The notes under the pieces: generated by a model | Told to the model about the DNA's origin: nothing | What the model saw: the letters and a program-made list of their open reading frames with translations, nothing else | The model's database searches: none | NCBI RefSeq assembly: GCF_022458985.1 | Contig: NC_061781.1 | Coordinates: 26,257,222-26,321,221 of the forward strand | Direction of reading: 5' to 3' | DNA: 64,000 nucleotides | Origin: Mugil cephalus | Taxonomy: Eukaryota | In this document: positions 1 to 12,203 of the stretch, in pieces | How positions within the stretch are numbered: the stretch's first letter is position 1 | Layout: each line of letters opens with the position of its first letter | Translations under genes and position numbers: made by a program

Positions 1-566
1 ACTTTATGTTTGTTACCTAAAAAGCTCTTCAACCACCACCACCTCCCCCATAATCATCCCACATATCCATCCAGGATACCTGTTACACAAATCACCATAA
101 AATCTCAACGATTGACCTTAAATTGGAAAGAGATATGTTTAAGTGGTTTTATATCATTATTACACATATCAAGAATAATAACATTTATTATGTCAGGGTC
201 AGTGTCTCCATTAACTTAGGAACTTTATTAAATATGAAGCAAAAACAAACATTTACAGACGTTAGACACTGAATTGGGTCAAACTGACTCCAAAGACAAA
301 TAATAGGAGGGTTAAAAATAAGTGTTGGTCAAAGTGTTACAAACAGAGTTGCTATAAAAGCAAAAAGAGGACAAAGAGGAGGAAGAAGTTAAAAATGATC
401 ATTAAATTAAACACAAAGGACTTTTGAAACGAGCACTGACTAACTACAGGACTAACCAGTAGGTGTCAGATGTTATGTGAATGTATCTCGTCCTCTTCTG
501 ACTTTCTCAGAACAAAGAATTGTGTGTTGACACGTTACAGAAAGCTAACAGCTGTCTTGTCTCCAG

Positions 567-836
567 CCAACTGTGTGCTGATGGTCAGAGAGCTGAAAGA
601 TGTGGAGGTCGCGGCCCCAGACGAAGCCTGCTTTGAATGTGAGGTGTCAGACCCCGTCCTCAGGTCCCCAGTGTGGAGTCTGAATGGGGAACCGTTGCAG
701 CCTGGCCCCCGCGTACACCTGGAGAAGATGGGCACCGTCCACAGGCTGACACTCAGGCAAACCTCCCCAGAGATGAGTGGAGAGGTGGAGTTCACGTCTG
801 GGAAAGCGAAGAGCATAGCCCGGCTTCATGTTCAGG
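567..836 (+). CDS. Single obscurin/OBSL1-type I-set Ig-domain exon (phase 1-1); acceptor ctccag|CC at 566, donor CAGG|GTGAGT at 837
   Basis: Translation ...ELKDVEVAAPDEACFECEVSDPVLRSPVWSLNGEPLQPGPRVHLEKMGTVHRLTLRQTSPEMSGEVEFTSGKAKSIARLHV matches the ~90-aa tandem Ig repeat pattern of obscurin/OBSL1. One Ig per symmetric phase-1 exon is typical of that family. No further plus-strand exons were found in the window. Confidence 0.55.
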
Positions 837-972
837 GTGAGTTCAAGAAGAACATTGTTCTTATTAGTAATAACACAGCTCTCACTAGTGGAAAGCAGCT
901 ACGTATATAAATCAAGTACTGAAGGACAATGTGAGGTACTGGTAGTAGATCCAGAGGGATGAATGTCTCATG

Positions 973-1100
973 TCTGGTTCTGGTCTCATATCTGGTTCCT
1001 GGTCTCAAATCTGGTTCCTGGTCTCATATCTGGTTCCTGGTCTCATATCTGGTTCCTGGTCTCATGTCTGGTTCCTGGTCTCATATCTGGTTCCTGGTCC
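973..1100. repeat. 21-bp minisatellite (TCTGGTTCCTGGTCTCATATC)n, ~6 copies
   Basis: Direct tandem copies are visible in the sequence. Confidence 0.9.
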
Positions 1101-3399
1101 TTAAACTAATGTAAACATGTATTTGTCACATTAGAACATCAGAGCTGATTCAGACACTTGTCAACATCATCACATCAGAAACATTAGGACACTTGTTCTT
1201 CTTCATGGTTCCTAATAAACCAGGTCAGAGGGGGACCTTGTAGACCACATTAGACCCCAATTAGACCTGACAATGTTTCATTGATCTTCTCCGATTGGCT
1301 CAATGAAAACCACATGACAATAAACCTCACTGAGAGGAACCAGGACACCACGTTACCACATATGGTTCCTGGTTCCTGGAGGGTTCAACCAGAGCTCCAA
1401 CCTTTTTACACCTCTGACATCTTACAAGTTCAGTGTGTAGTTGGAGTCAAGTATCTATGAGTCGTTAACATTTTATTAAATTAATAAATGGATTATGTTT
1501 TACAGTAGGTGGAGTGATGGAAAAGAGTTCAAACCTTTCATGTAATTCACTGTTTAATCACTAGATGGAGACAACAGCACAGTCTTGGATTTGTCCTGTT
1601 TGACTGAAACCAAGTAAAGTGGATCAGAGCCTTCTCATGCGGCAGATGCAATTTGTGTTTGCTTGTATTTTTTGCTTCAATTAGCAGAGAAAAACCTTCA
1701 GACTGATTCTGAATAGTGTGGGCAGAATGCTAACTTGTGTTCATGACTTGTCATGGCTCATGTGGCACATGTAACAATAAATACAGCAAATATTTACAAA
1801 TAGTAAACTGTGTTCTGTAGATCATGAGTCTTCAACTAGGGGGTCAAAAAATTGGACGTGTATTTATTTATTGGATGTGTATTTATTGAGTTTAATACAG
1901 AACACAGTAGGGTCCCTACTCAATCTCTCCATCACTTTGGGTCCTTGGCCTGAAAAATGCTGCAGACCTCTGCTGTAAATAATATATGGTGTTTATTAAT
2001 GGTTGCACTCTATCAACAGCAGGAAACATCCTCACAGCAACTTATAGTGGAGAGAAACTGAAGTTTGAGGTTTATTATGAGGGTGAATGGCTGTAGAGCA
2101 AAGGGGTCAAACTAAAACCAACACACAGGCCAAAAGTTTGGAAGAAACTTCAAGTTTGTGTTCACGATGCCTTTCTTAAAAATCAGCATGAGTTCTATGC
2201 ATTTTATTTATTTATGTATTTACTGCATGATCAGAAACTATGATCTTTCATGTACAAATTTGATCTTGCTTCCAAACTCTTGGCCTGTTGTGCATTAATG
2301 AGCGTACACAGGTTGCATGTTAGTAGTACACGTATCCTCAGGCGTCCGGTTGAGTCAAGGAATATTATTTGCAGCTGCTTTTGCAAAACGAAAGCTTATA
2401 GTCGTAGCATTTAGTCGGGTATGACGGGTCACATGGAGGAAATATTCACACCTCTCTTACACGTCTTCCGTTTACTTTTTTCTGCCTAGACATGAGCTCA
2501 CTGATGTAGAACACTGACACTAACATAAACAGTATCACATTAGGCCGTATTAGACTCTGATTGACATGACATCATTCAGTCCCTTAAAAGGAAGCGCAGG
2601 ACGGAAAAGAAATGTCAGCCTGTGTAAAGGCTTAGTTATATTCTGTGTTCTGCTGCCGATTATGTCACAGGGTCACATTTTTGACAGAAATAGGCCTTGT
2701 TAACCGATGCTTTCTGGTCCTGAGTCACATTTTTGTCTGCTCACATTTCCCAGGTCCTCCTTAACGTCCCTTATCTGCCACCGTCTGATCGACATGGATG
2801 GATCCTATTGACACTGACGCTGCTTATGTGACTTAGAAACATGGCTGCGATTGATCTTCATGCGATTTTCATTTAATTATCTCATAACTTTAAGAAACCT
2901 CTGTTCACAGAGGACGTGACGTTTTATTTTTGTGGAAGTGTGTGAACGTGATTTGGCTGTGAGTGGGTCATGATAGCTTAAGGTGAATGTGTATTTTTGT
3001 GTGCGGTTAGATCAATACAATCCACATTAAAGTCCCATATTGTAGTCAAGTCTGAGGCCATACAGTAGCAAAACCAACTTTCTTAAACTCATGTTTATAC
3101 ATAAATGATCTATTTAAAAACTACTTGAGAGGTTTGTGTCTTGGTTCTTTGTCCAGAACCAAACTTAGACTTAGAGGTTTTACAGAGCCTATAAAAAACC
3201 CTTGGACGTATAATTAATGGAATCATGATCAATGTAATTTGCTTTAGTGCTCTAGTGTCTGAGTGAAGACAGATTTTTAGATGAGACATAACAGAACAAC
3301 TATTGTTCTTCAACAAGTTCCTCACGAGTCAAAGACACAGGAGACTGAAGTTCAACTCAAATGATGTTCTTTAGTCAAATTAGACCTTAATGCAGTGGT

Positions 3400-3560
3400 T
3401 TGTTTTCAGACTGGACGTTATGTCCCTAAACACAGAGAAACACTGGTCCCATGGTGAAGCATGGTGGTGGCAGCATCATGGACGGCTCGTAAAGGTGGAG
3501 GGTGAAAAAGTTAAATCCACACAGACCCAGTGATGAGTTGAGTGGGCAACAATGTGTGTG
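3400..3560 (+). mobile_element. Short Tc1-like transposase fragment (VKHGGGSIM)
   Basis: The plus-strand translation VKHGGGSIMDGS matches the conserved ...VKHGGGSIMLWGCF... block of Tc1/Sleeping-Beauty-type transposases. The flanks are decayed. Confidence 0.4.
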
Positions 3561-5349
3561 AACACATATACAAGCACTTATTTTACATTATATATATTTA
3601 AATAATGGTCATTACTTTGTAGAAATCTGTTTTCACTTTGACATGAAAGTATTTTTGTAAACTCTTGTCAAAAAAGCCAAAACATATTGACCCTGATTCC
3701 ATGAAAAAGCAGGTGAATCATTTTAAAATGCTCTTTTTTTTTAAACCTGATTTGCACCCCATATATCATGTCAGAGCATGGGTTTGTGTGGCTGCATGAG
3801 CTATTACCACTAAGGTCACGGGATTTTATCACTTATTCATTTGTAAAGAAACAGTTTTTTTATGTTGTGGTGAAATGTTTGGATGGAGGAAATTCTGTCT
3901 AGTAGCACAGGGCTTGTAATGTAAATACATTGGGCCAAAAATGAGGTAATTTAGGAAAGAAATAAGATTTTAAAAAAAAAAGAATTACTTCATCGCCTTG
4001 ATTGATAATCAGGGAATGCTTGAGTTACTGAAATTGCTTTGTTGAGTGAAGAATGAAAGCTGTTTTCATATGAAATCTGTTCCATATTCCATTTTTTTCA
4101 TTCGACTCGTGTCCACGTTGTGCTGAGCGTTAGTTCTGTGAAATGAAGTACTGTAGTGAAATATGACTGTTTCAATAAAACATGCTTTATTGAAGCAAGG
4201 TAAAAATGTCTCGTCATCTTTTTTTCCAGTCTTTACAGCAGAAGTTTAAAAACACACATGTTTGAACCAGTTTCTTTACTTCAGTCATAATTAGTTAATA
4301 ATTTTGTTGAATACAGTAAAAAAAAAAAAAAATTCAATTATTAATTAAAGATTTGTGGTTTATCGTGTATCACGCTGACGCTTTCACGCTCAAAGTCACA
4401 CACACACTAAAGTGAATCAAGACTCAAGTGATGTTACACATCAGTACGGCAACACACTGGACTCAGTTCATGTGAAATAGCTCAGTTCAAGTTTATCAAC
4501 AGGAGGCTTCAGGATCAAACTTCTATCTAAGACGCTTCCTCCTGCACACACACATAAAACAGGATTTCTTTACCCATTAGCTGCACACTGTGTTGACACA
4601 ACTAACAACTGAACACATAAAATGACAATAGATAAAATAACATTAAAAGCTAAGTCTTGATATCCTCTATTTACATTAATAATCTCACCACTGCTGCAGC
4701 ACACACAGTACAATAAATCCAGACTTTGTTTTGGTCTGGACAAATATTATAATTTCTATAAACATTACTAATTTGTGGTTGAGCTACAGTAACATGAGGA
4801 TGTCATGAGCCTTTTACTGTAAATCACCTACAACTTTGTGAATGTCTACTCTCTATTACACGTCTTTTAAATCGAAACGCTCCAGTGTGTGGTTCAAATC
4901 TTTGCAGTGTTCGGATGATGATTGTGTTCGTTTGACAGGACAGTCCTGAGTGTTTCAAATAATAAATGCTGCACTGACGGCTACACGGTGGTTCATACGA
5001 CTCTTCACACAGTCTGGCTTCAACAGAGGTCGCTGCTGTCACATAACAACGACATCACACACTAGCTGCACTGCAAAAGGTATCTACACAAGACATTTAA
5101 TCTCATATTATTCTGCATTAAAACAAACAAACAAAAAAAACAGTGGCTACATTAGTCAACGCTGGAGTCCTAAACCAAGCTGGAAGTTTCTTTTTTTTTT
5201 TAATCCAACATGAGATTAAATGATGACAGGTTTCATTCTGCAGTGTGGTCCTTGTAGTGGGAAGCAGAGTGGAGCTCGCGGCCCACCAGCCTCCATGGCC
5301 CCTAACCACAGCCACTGGAGAGTCTTCTCAGCCTCGCATGGTGCCTGTG

Positions 5350-5478
5350 TTAGCTGGACGTCCTCTGCTGCTGGAGAATACCGTACACGTCGTCCACTTT
5401 GCTTAGTCTCTCAAAGAAGGGGATAAGGTCCAGGAGCTCGGTGTCCGACATGTCGTCAAACCAGGACGCTACAGGAAC
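5350..5478 (-). CDS. ctdspl: ctdspl exon 7 (last) [42 protein letters not shown]
   Basis: Acceptor ctccag|GTT. Stop TAA at 5350-5352. Matches the conserved SCP C-terminus. Confidence 0.9.
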   Translation of the reverse strand, partial: VPVASWFDDMSDTELLDLIPFFERLSKVDDVYGILQQQRTSS

Positions 5479-5599
5479 CTGGAGGAGTGAAAGAGCAGCA
5501 GAGCGACGACTCATTAATGTTTAACGTAGCGTTTTAGGTTTTAGTCGAGACTCCACAGAGAACCGTTAGAAACGCAGGTGAATGAGGTGAATGACGTAC

Positions 5600-5785
5600 T
5601 GCGTTGTCGGGGTGGAAGACGTAGGAAGCGGGGGAGTTGTCTATGATGATGACCTTGTTGAGGTCTCGTCCTAAACGGCTCAGGTCTTTGACGTAGTTCC
5701 CTTTGTGGAAGACGCACGACTCCCGGAAGAGACGGCTCTGGAACGCCCCCCATTTATCCAACAGGTCTGACACTGGGTCAGCGTA
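5600..5785 (-). CDS. ctdspl: ctdspl exon 6 [62 protein letters not shown]
   Basis: Acceptor ttccacag|TAC, donor GCA|GTACGT. Conserved SCP sequence. Confidence 0.9.
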
Positions 5786-6859
5786 CTGTGGAAAAAACAA
5801 GAGGTGGCTTTTTAAAATGATGTTTGTAACAGAAAATCCACTCCACTGCTAAAACAATGGCAAAATGTGCCGGACTTAGCACAAATGCTAACGTTCAGCC
5901 AGATACAGACAATGTCAACACAAATCAAAAAAAGACACAGACAGTTATATATAATATTGAAACACACAATATTATAAAAGAAAAAAAAGAAGAAGAGTAT
6001 GCATCAGATTAAGAAACCTATTTAGGCTGCGTGAGTACATGTCTGATTTATTTTTTTTAAAATAAATTAAAAAAAAAAAAAAACTTTGAAAATGAGACAG
6101 AGATCCATGAAGATTTGGTCGCTGTCCAGATCAAGAATATTATACTTTATTAAAACATTACAGTAATGAAAGTGGTTTCCTCTCTGAAAGTTTAACTGCC
6201 TTCTCAAAGAGAGACTTTGCAGGTTTTACTGTATTTTCACATTTTTGTGTGTGTCCAGGTTGTAAAACAGTAAAACAGAGCGTTTAGTTTCACTGCACGT
6301 GGAAGAATCTTCAGTCTGAAATGAACAGAACTTGTATCTTTTAATGGTAACGGTTTGATAACGTTGTTTCCTAAAGGGTCGACAGGAACCAGGATCAACT
6401 GGACAGAGCCTCTGCTTTTAACTAAGTGAACGTAATAAAACCTTCTCATCAACCTGTAAAATTATTATGTTTTAGATATTTCATCTAAAACATAATCATT
6501 CAATGTGCATTCAATTTTAATGTGCAGTGTGAGCGTAACAATGTGTGTTATATAGCTTTCAAACAATGTCCATGTGTGTGTGTGTGATTAACTGAGTAAG
6601 AACTGACCTGATGCTTCCCAGAGTTCAGGTTCAGACAGTTTGAAGTAAATGTTAGAGGTTAAAACGTCTCTGCAGCCGCCTGACAGGTATCATAAATATC
6701 TCTTTATGTGGACGGTCACAAATCACACACAGCTATTTGCCTGAGCTCCCAGTAATTCTAAGCATAATGTTTTGCTCCAGCAGGTGTCACTTCACAGACT
6801 CTTCATCCACCTGTAACACGCTGCACTTTTTAACAGGTTAAAGTGAGATGAGGACAGAC

Positions 6860-6952
6860 CTTGGACAAGCTCGCCGTGAACAAAACACACTCAAACATCT
6901 CTCCCATTCTCTTGAGGAATTCATCAACGTGGGGTCTCTTTAACACGTACAC
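6860..6952 (-). CDS. ctdspl: ctdspl exon 5 [31 protein letters not shown]
   Basis: Acceptor cacacag|GTG, donor AAG|GTCTGT. Conserved SCP sequence. Confidence 0.9.
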
Positions 6953-7329
6953 CTGTGTGGAGACACAGGAGGCAGAGAGGTAGGACATGCAAAATGTAAT
7001 CATTACTAATTCTGTCATCAGGAATCAGATCAGGAACACAAACGACTGGAAAAAATAAAGAAATAAAAGCCTCTAATCTCTGAACATGAGTTCTATCAAA
7101 ATGTCACAAAGATGTTTAATGTTACGAATGTTCAATGTTCAATGTTTTTATGTTGTTGCGGGACTGATGCAACTTGTACTTGCTTCCATGTGTTGATGGT
7201 TTGAGAAAAATAAAGATCAAATCAAATCATCAGATGGAAAGGAATAATATAAACGCCACTCTGTCTGTTTAACTCCGTTCAGTAGATCAGAAGCTGAACA
7301 GAACTACTTCCACTAAGACGCTGGCGGCC

Positions 7330-7410
7330 TTGTTTCTGAACCAAGTTATCCCGAATAGGCTTTCCCCACTTTAACAAGCCTATCCTGGATTACTTGAAAC
7401 AGACCCAGGC
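7330..7410 (-). ncRNA. mir26a: pre-miR-26a hairpin in the ctdspl intron between E4 and E5; mature 5p arm at 7377..7398
   Basis: The minus-strand 22-mer at 7398..7377 reads UUCAAGUAAUCCAGGAUAGGCU, an exact match to miR-26a-5p. The opposite arm (7341..7362, CCUAUUCGGGAUAACUUGG-like) is complementary and resembles miR-26a-3p. Intronic placement in a CTDSP-family host is the conserved arrangement. Confidence 0.9.
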
Positions 7411-7890
7411 CCTCTGGACAACAAAGCTCCTCTGGCTTCCACAGACTGGAGACACCATTTAAAAGCTGGGGGGGAAAGTCGCTGCCATCCCCAATGAGCC
7501 GCGTATAATATGCACCACAGAGTCAGATTGATGGCCAGTGATTTCTGAGAAGCCTCTTAGGCTTTCTTCATTTCGTCAGGCCACTGAAATAGGCACCTGC
7601 TGCTTGGAGCCATCAACAGGGAGGGATACAGCTCTGTCAGCCTGCGAACACAGTGTCTCCACTGCAAACTCTAAAGATGGATTTTTTTAAATTTACCCAG
7701 GTTTTTTTATGCATGATCCTTAATAAACCAGATATTTACAACAAATTTCCAGTAAGTGCACATTAAACGGTGCTCTGCAGTAATTCAGCTTGCACGGCTT
7801 TAGTTCTTTAAACAAATCTTTGGGGCAGAAAGTCCAGCAAGCTCGTAGAAAGAACAGTAAGTGATTTAAACGAACGTATCGGATTCCTAC

Positions 7891-7947
7891 CTGGTGAACT
7901 GTTCCATCAATTTCCACTGGAATGATAAAGTCTGCATTGTTCACTGG
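7891..7947 (-). CDS. ctdspl: ctdspl exon 4 PVNNADFIIPVEIDGTVHQ
   Basis: Acceptor cctgcag|CCA, donor CAG|GTAGGA. Conserved SCP sequence. Confidence 0.9.
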
Positions 7948-10102
7948 CTGCAGGAAACACACCAAGCACAAACATGAAAGAAATCATTATTTTGTGTTTG
8001 TGCTTCCTCAGATCAGATGCAACAAATCAGAGGTGAAGATGTGTCACGCAGACATGAAGACGCCACCTGTAAATACTTCGAGTCTTGACACTATGTCACA
8101 GATTGTGAGACGGCTCGTAAAAAGATCAGATTTATTTTGGCAGTTCTCACATTTGAAATATGCTCCTCACAAGCACATTCTATGTAAGGCATAACAGCAC
8201 GGCCTAAATCGGTGCACTCTGAGGTAATGCAAGCGAAACAGAGTCAGATCACATGTAAACAGAAAGCACGCATTCAGAAATCACACTGTACGCGTGTTAG
8301 GGTCAGATCCTGCAGCAGCTGCATTTAAATGATTTTGATGATGTATCTTCATCACATGTTAAATCAGAGAAAGAATCTGATGAGTCCAAAGTTAAGAACA
8401 GAGTTTGGGTTGATTCCATGATTTTTTAAATTTTTAACTTCAGCTGTTTATTTTGTCTATGTTTTCATGTCAGAGTAAAATGAGAAATACTCAAACTGCA
8501 AACATTTCAATAAAAAAAGAAAGAAATATTGGAGTGTTCTAAAACTTTTGTATGTTTTGTTCTTTTTGTTGACTCCAAATACTTCAAATACTACTCACAT
8601 CAAATAAAAATCCAACTGTTCTTTCATCTTTTCCACACCTCTGTATGTATCATACACAGATTCAAACATAATAAGAACGGGCATTATATCTTTTAATCCC
8701 CTGTGAGTCTCTTTCCGACTTTGTATACAGTATGCTGCTTTGAAACTTCCACTGTGGGATTAATTAAAAGATTATCATAACTTATTATTCAAATTATATC
8801 AAATAAAATATATCAACATATTAAATATGTCTTTAAATGTATATATATTTTTAAATGTTTTATCATCCTGTCTGTGTGGCTTCATATAATAACATTCAGA
8901 ACCAGTGGTTTTAAGCTGTGAGCAGCGTGCGAGGTGACTTGAGACGGACGTGTAATAATACTCCAGAGCTACGCTTCCTATGCTAATATACACACTAAAT
9001 ATCGACGCAATTTAAATTTTATAGTGGCTTAAAACCTTTGCCACGCAAGCCAGTGGATGTCACACACAACCAGCTGTTACACTGTGTTATTTTTAGTATA
9101 TGTGTCAAATTAAGAATGACTTTTATTATGCTCCTTGAGTTAAGCATGGAGTTCACAGAGTCTGACCCTGTTTACGCATAGCTAATGGCAATATCCAGTA
9201 TCATCCTTTAGGACAGTCTGTGACCTGAGAAGGGCTAAACACCCACCACATGGCATTCATTACATAATTTGCCGTGACACAGGCACCTTGACGTTTGGCA
9301 GTGATTACTTTGTTCACAGAATGCTACCTTAAAAGGCGTCAACGTGATCGAAAGGAAGCTGGAAAAATATAAAACCCAGTGAGCGACACATCGACGCGTC
9401 AAATATTTACTGTTCAGAGATTCGTTCTGTGTAGGCGCGCTTTATTATTAGAAAGGGAAAACAGAGATGATCCTTTTTTCTTTTTTTTTCTCAACTAACT
9501 CATAAATAAAGTCAAGTTTTAAACTCGACACTACAACTCAGGTTTCTGTGTCACATTTATTTGGGTTCGTGAAACCGGACCACTCATAAAATACATATTT
9601 CAGTTTAGTTATTATTATTTTATTATAAATTTATTTATTATTACATTTTCCAGATAGCTCTTCCAAGTGAAGTCAGTAAAACTTTGACCTTTACAGTTAC
9701 ATCAACATACTCAAAGCTCTCAAACAGTAAAAGTGCCTCATAACAATAAGTGAGTAAACACATGTCAGTGAATCTGTCTGCCAACGTCCTGGAGCTCCAG
9801 CAAATCTGACGCAACACTAGTAAAGCACACAAACTGTTGCGTACATTGTAATCCTAGTACGAGACACCATCTTCGGCGATTGTGTCGTTCTAACAGAACA
9901 CGGCTCAGTTAAGGGACATGTTAATGGCCAAGTTTAAAAGTGTCTCTGAAATCTGTTTAAATTGAAGAGTTGGAAAAAGAAACTCACCTGGACGAGTTAA
10001 CAGTTAAATACAGAAATAAAACATGAGCAGTCACGACTTTAGATATCAATTCTACACAACACAACTGCAACTTCTCAATATTGTTTTAATGTTAAATGAA
10101 TA

Positions 10103-11233
10103 TACACTCGCTTGCCACTTTATTAGGTACACCTGCTCAATTGCTTGTTAACACAAATAACTAATCAGCCAATCACATGGCTGCAGTTCATTACATTTAG
10201 TCATGCAGAGGTGATCAAGTTAAAACTGATCATCAGAACGGAGGAGAAACGGGATTTAAGTGACTTTTAACGTGGTCTGGTTGTTGGTCTGAGTGTTTCA
10301 GAAACTGCTGATCTACTGGGATTTTAACTCACAACCATCTCTAGGGTTTAACAGAGAATGGTCCCAAAAAGAGGAAATATCCAGTGAGCAGCAGTTGTTG
10401 ATGTGAGAGGTCAGAGGAGAATGGGCAGACTGGTTGGAGATGATAGAAAGGCAACAGGAACTCAAATAACCACTGGTTCCAACCAAGGAATGTAGAATAC
10501 CATCAATGAATGCACAACACGTCCAACCTTGAAGAAGATGGGCAACAGCAGCAGAAGACCACACCGGGGGCCACTCCTGTCAGCTAATAACAGGAAACTG
10601 AGACTACAGTTCACACAGGCTCATCAACACTGGACAATAGAAGATTGGTAAAACGTTGCCTGGTCTGATGAGTCTCGGTTTCAGCTGCTACATTCAGATT
10701 TCAGGGTCAGAATCTGGAGTAAACAACATGAAAGCATGGATCCATCCTGCCTTGTACCAACGTTTCAGGCTGGTGGTGGTGGTGTAATGATGGGGGGGTC
10801 ATGGTTTAAATGCCATAGTCTACCTGAGTATTGTTGCTGACCATGTCCATCCCTTTATGACCACAGTGGACCATCTTCTGACGGCTACTTCCAGCAGGAT
10901 AATGCACCATGTCACAAAGCTCATATCATCTCAAACTGGTTTCTGGAACATGAAAATGAGTTCACTGTTCTCCAATGGCCTCCACAGTCACCAGGTCTCA
11001 GTCCAATAGATAGAGGAACCTTTGGGATGTGGTGGAACGGGAGATTCTCATCATAGATGTTCAGTCGACAAATCTGCAGCAACTGTGTGATGCTGTCATG
11101 TCAATATGGACCAAAACCTCTGAGGAATGTTTCCAACACCTTATTGAAAGTATTACACCAAGAATTAAGGCAGTTCTGAAGGTAAAAGGGTCCAACCTTT
11201 TACGAGCAAGGTGTACCTAATAAAGTGGCCATG
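10103..11233 (+). mobile_element. Degenerate Tc1/mariner (Tc1-like) transposon copy in ctdspl intron 3, ending 46 bp from the exon-3 splice donor
   Basis: Terminal inverted repeats TACACTCGCTTGCCACTTTATTAGGTACACC ... GGTGTACCTAATAAAGTGGCCATG. Internal frame-broken transposase remnants (WSDESRFQLL..., QQDNAPCHKAH..., PQSPGLSPIDRGTFGMW) carry the DDE motif of Tc1 transposases. Confidence 0.8.
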
Positions 11234-11278
11234 CTATGAGGCAAGATACATATATATATGTCAAAGATGCCAACTTAC

Positions 11279-11380
11279 CTTAAATGAACTATGCACTAGT
11301 GTTTCATCCAGATCGATGACCACGCAGATCTTTCCTGCATCATTTGATTTCATTTGTGGAAGTAGCGGTTCTGCTGGAAC
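11279..11380 (-). CDS. ctdspl: ctdspl exon 3 [34 protein letters not shown] (start of phosphatase domain, DxDxT motif)
   Basis: Acceptor ttatcttcag|GTT, donor AAG|[15 protein letters not shown] is the catalytic motif of FCP/SCP phosphatases. Confidence 0.9.
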
Positions 11381-12117
11381 CTGAAGATAACAAACAAAAG
11401 CAAATTCATCCCTAATGGATGAAACATGTTTCACCTTTCTACAATATGCCCAGAAACTCCCATGTAGACAAGATGAAGCATTAAATTTAAAAAAAAAAAG
11501 TGCATTAAAAGCAGGTGTGTGTTTCCCGTCACTTAAGAGACTGAATTGAGTTGTTGTGTTTTGGTGAGAGGTTAGAAGGTTAGAAGAAACTCTGGATGCT
11601 ACAGCTGCTACCACAGTGACGGAGCCTGTAAATGTCACCACACTGTGTCTCGTCCTTCAACAACTAGTCAGTGACTTGTTGATGGGAATCCGCCTGAGAC
11701 CAAACTGGTACAACCAAACAGGTTTTATTGCAACACTGATGGATTTGTTTGTCCATGTAGAGCTGCCACGTGAGGATGACAACACGGACAAAATATGCCA
11801 AGTTGAGATCTGTGTAACACGACCTTCATGGTCCTAATAGAATTAGACTACGCAGACTTGCCTCAAATAAGAGATTCAAACTTTTTCCCAAAGTTCATAA
11901 ATCTCCACTGTTAAATAGTCAAAGACATATGACACCATATATTTATAAGCACACCCACTTCTTTGCCTTGTTTGTTGTAGTATAGCTTTACTATATATAT
12001 TTATTTATTTATTTTATTTTTTTTCAGTCCACCCACATGTGCACTGTGGGCACTGTTTGTGACGTTGAATGTTTGAATGTCTGCTGCTGTTAACAACGTG
12101 AATTCTTACTGTGGAAT

Positions 12118-12200
12118 GAATAAAGGCTTACCTTATCTTATCTTATCTTATCTTATCTTATCTTATCTTATCTTATCTTATCTTATCTCTCTTTACTTGT
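12118..12200. repeat. (CTTAT)n pentanucleotide microsatellite, ~16 copies; reads (GATAA)n on the gene strand, immediately 3' of the giant acidic exon's donor
   Basis: cttatcttatcttatc... visible in the sequence. Confidence 0.9.
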
Positions 12201-12203
12201 ATC

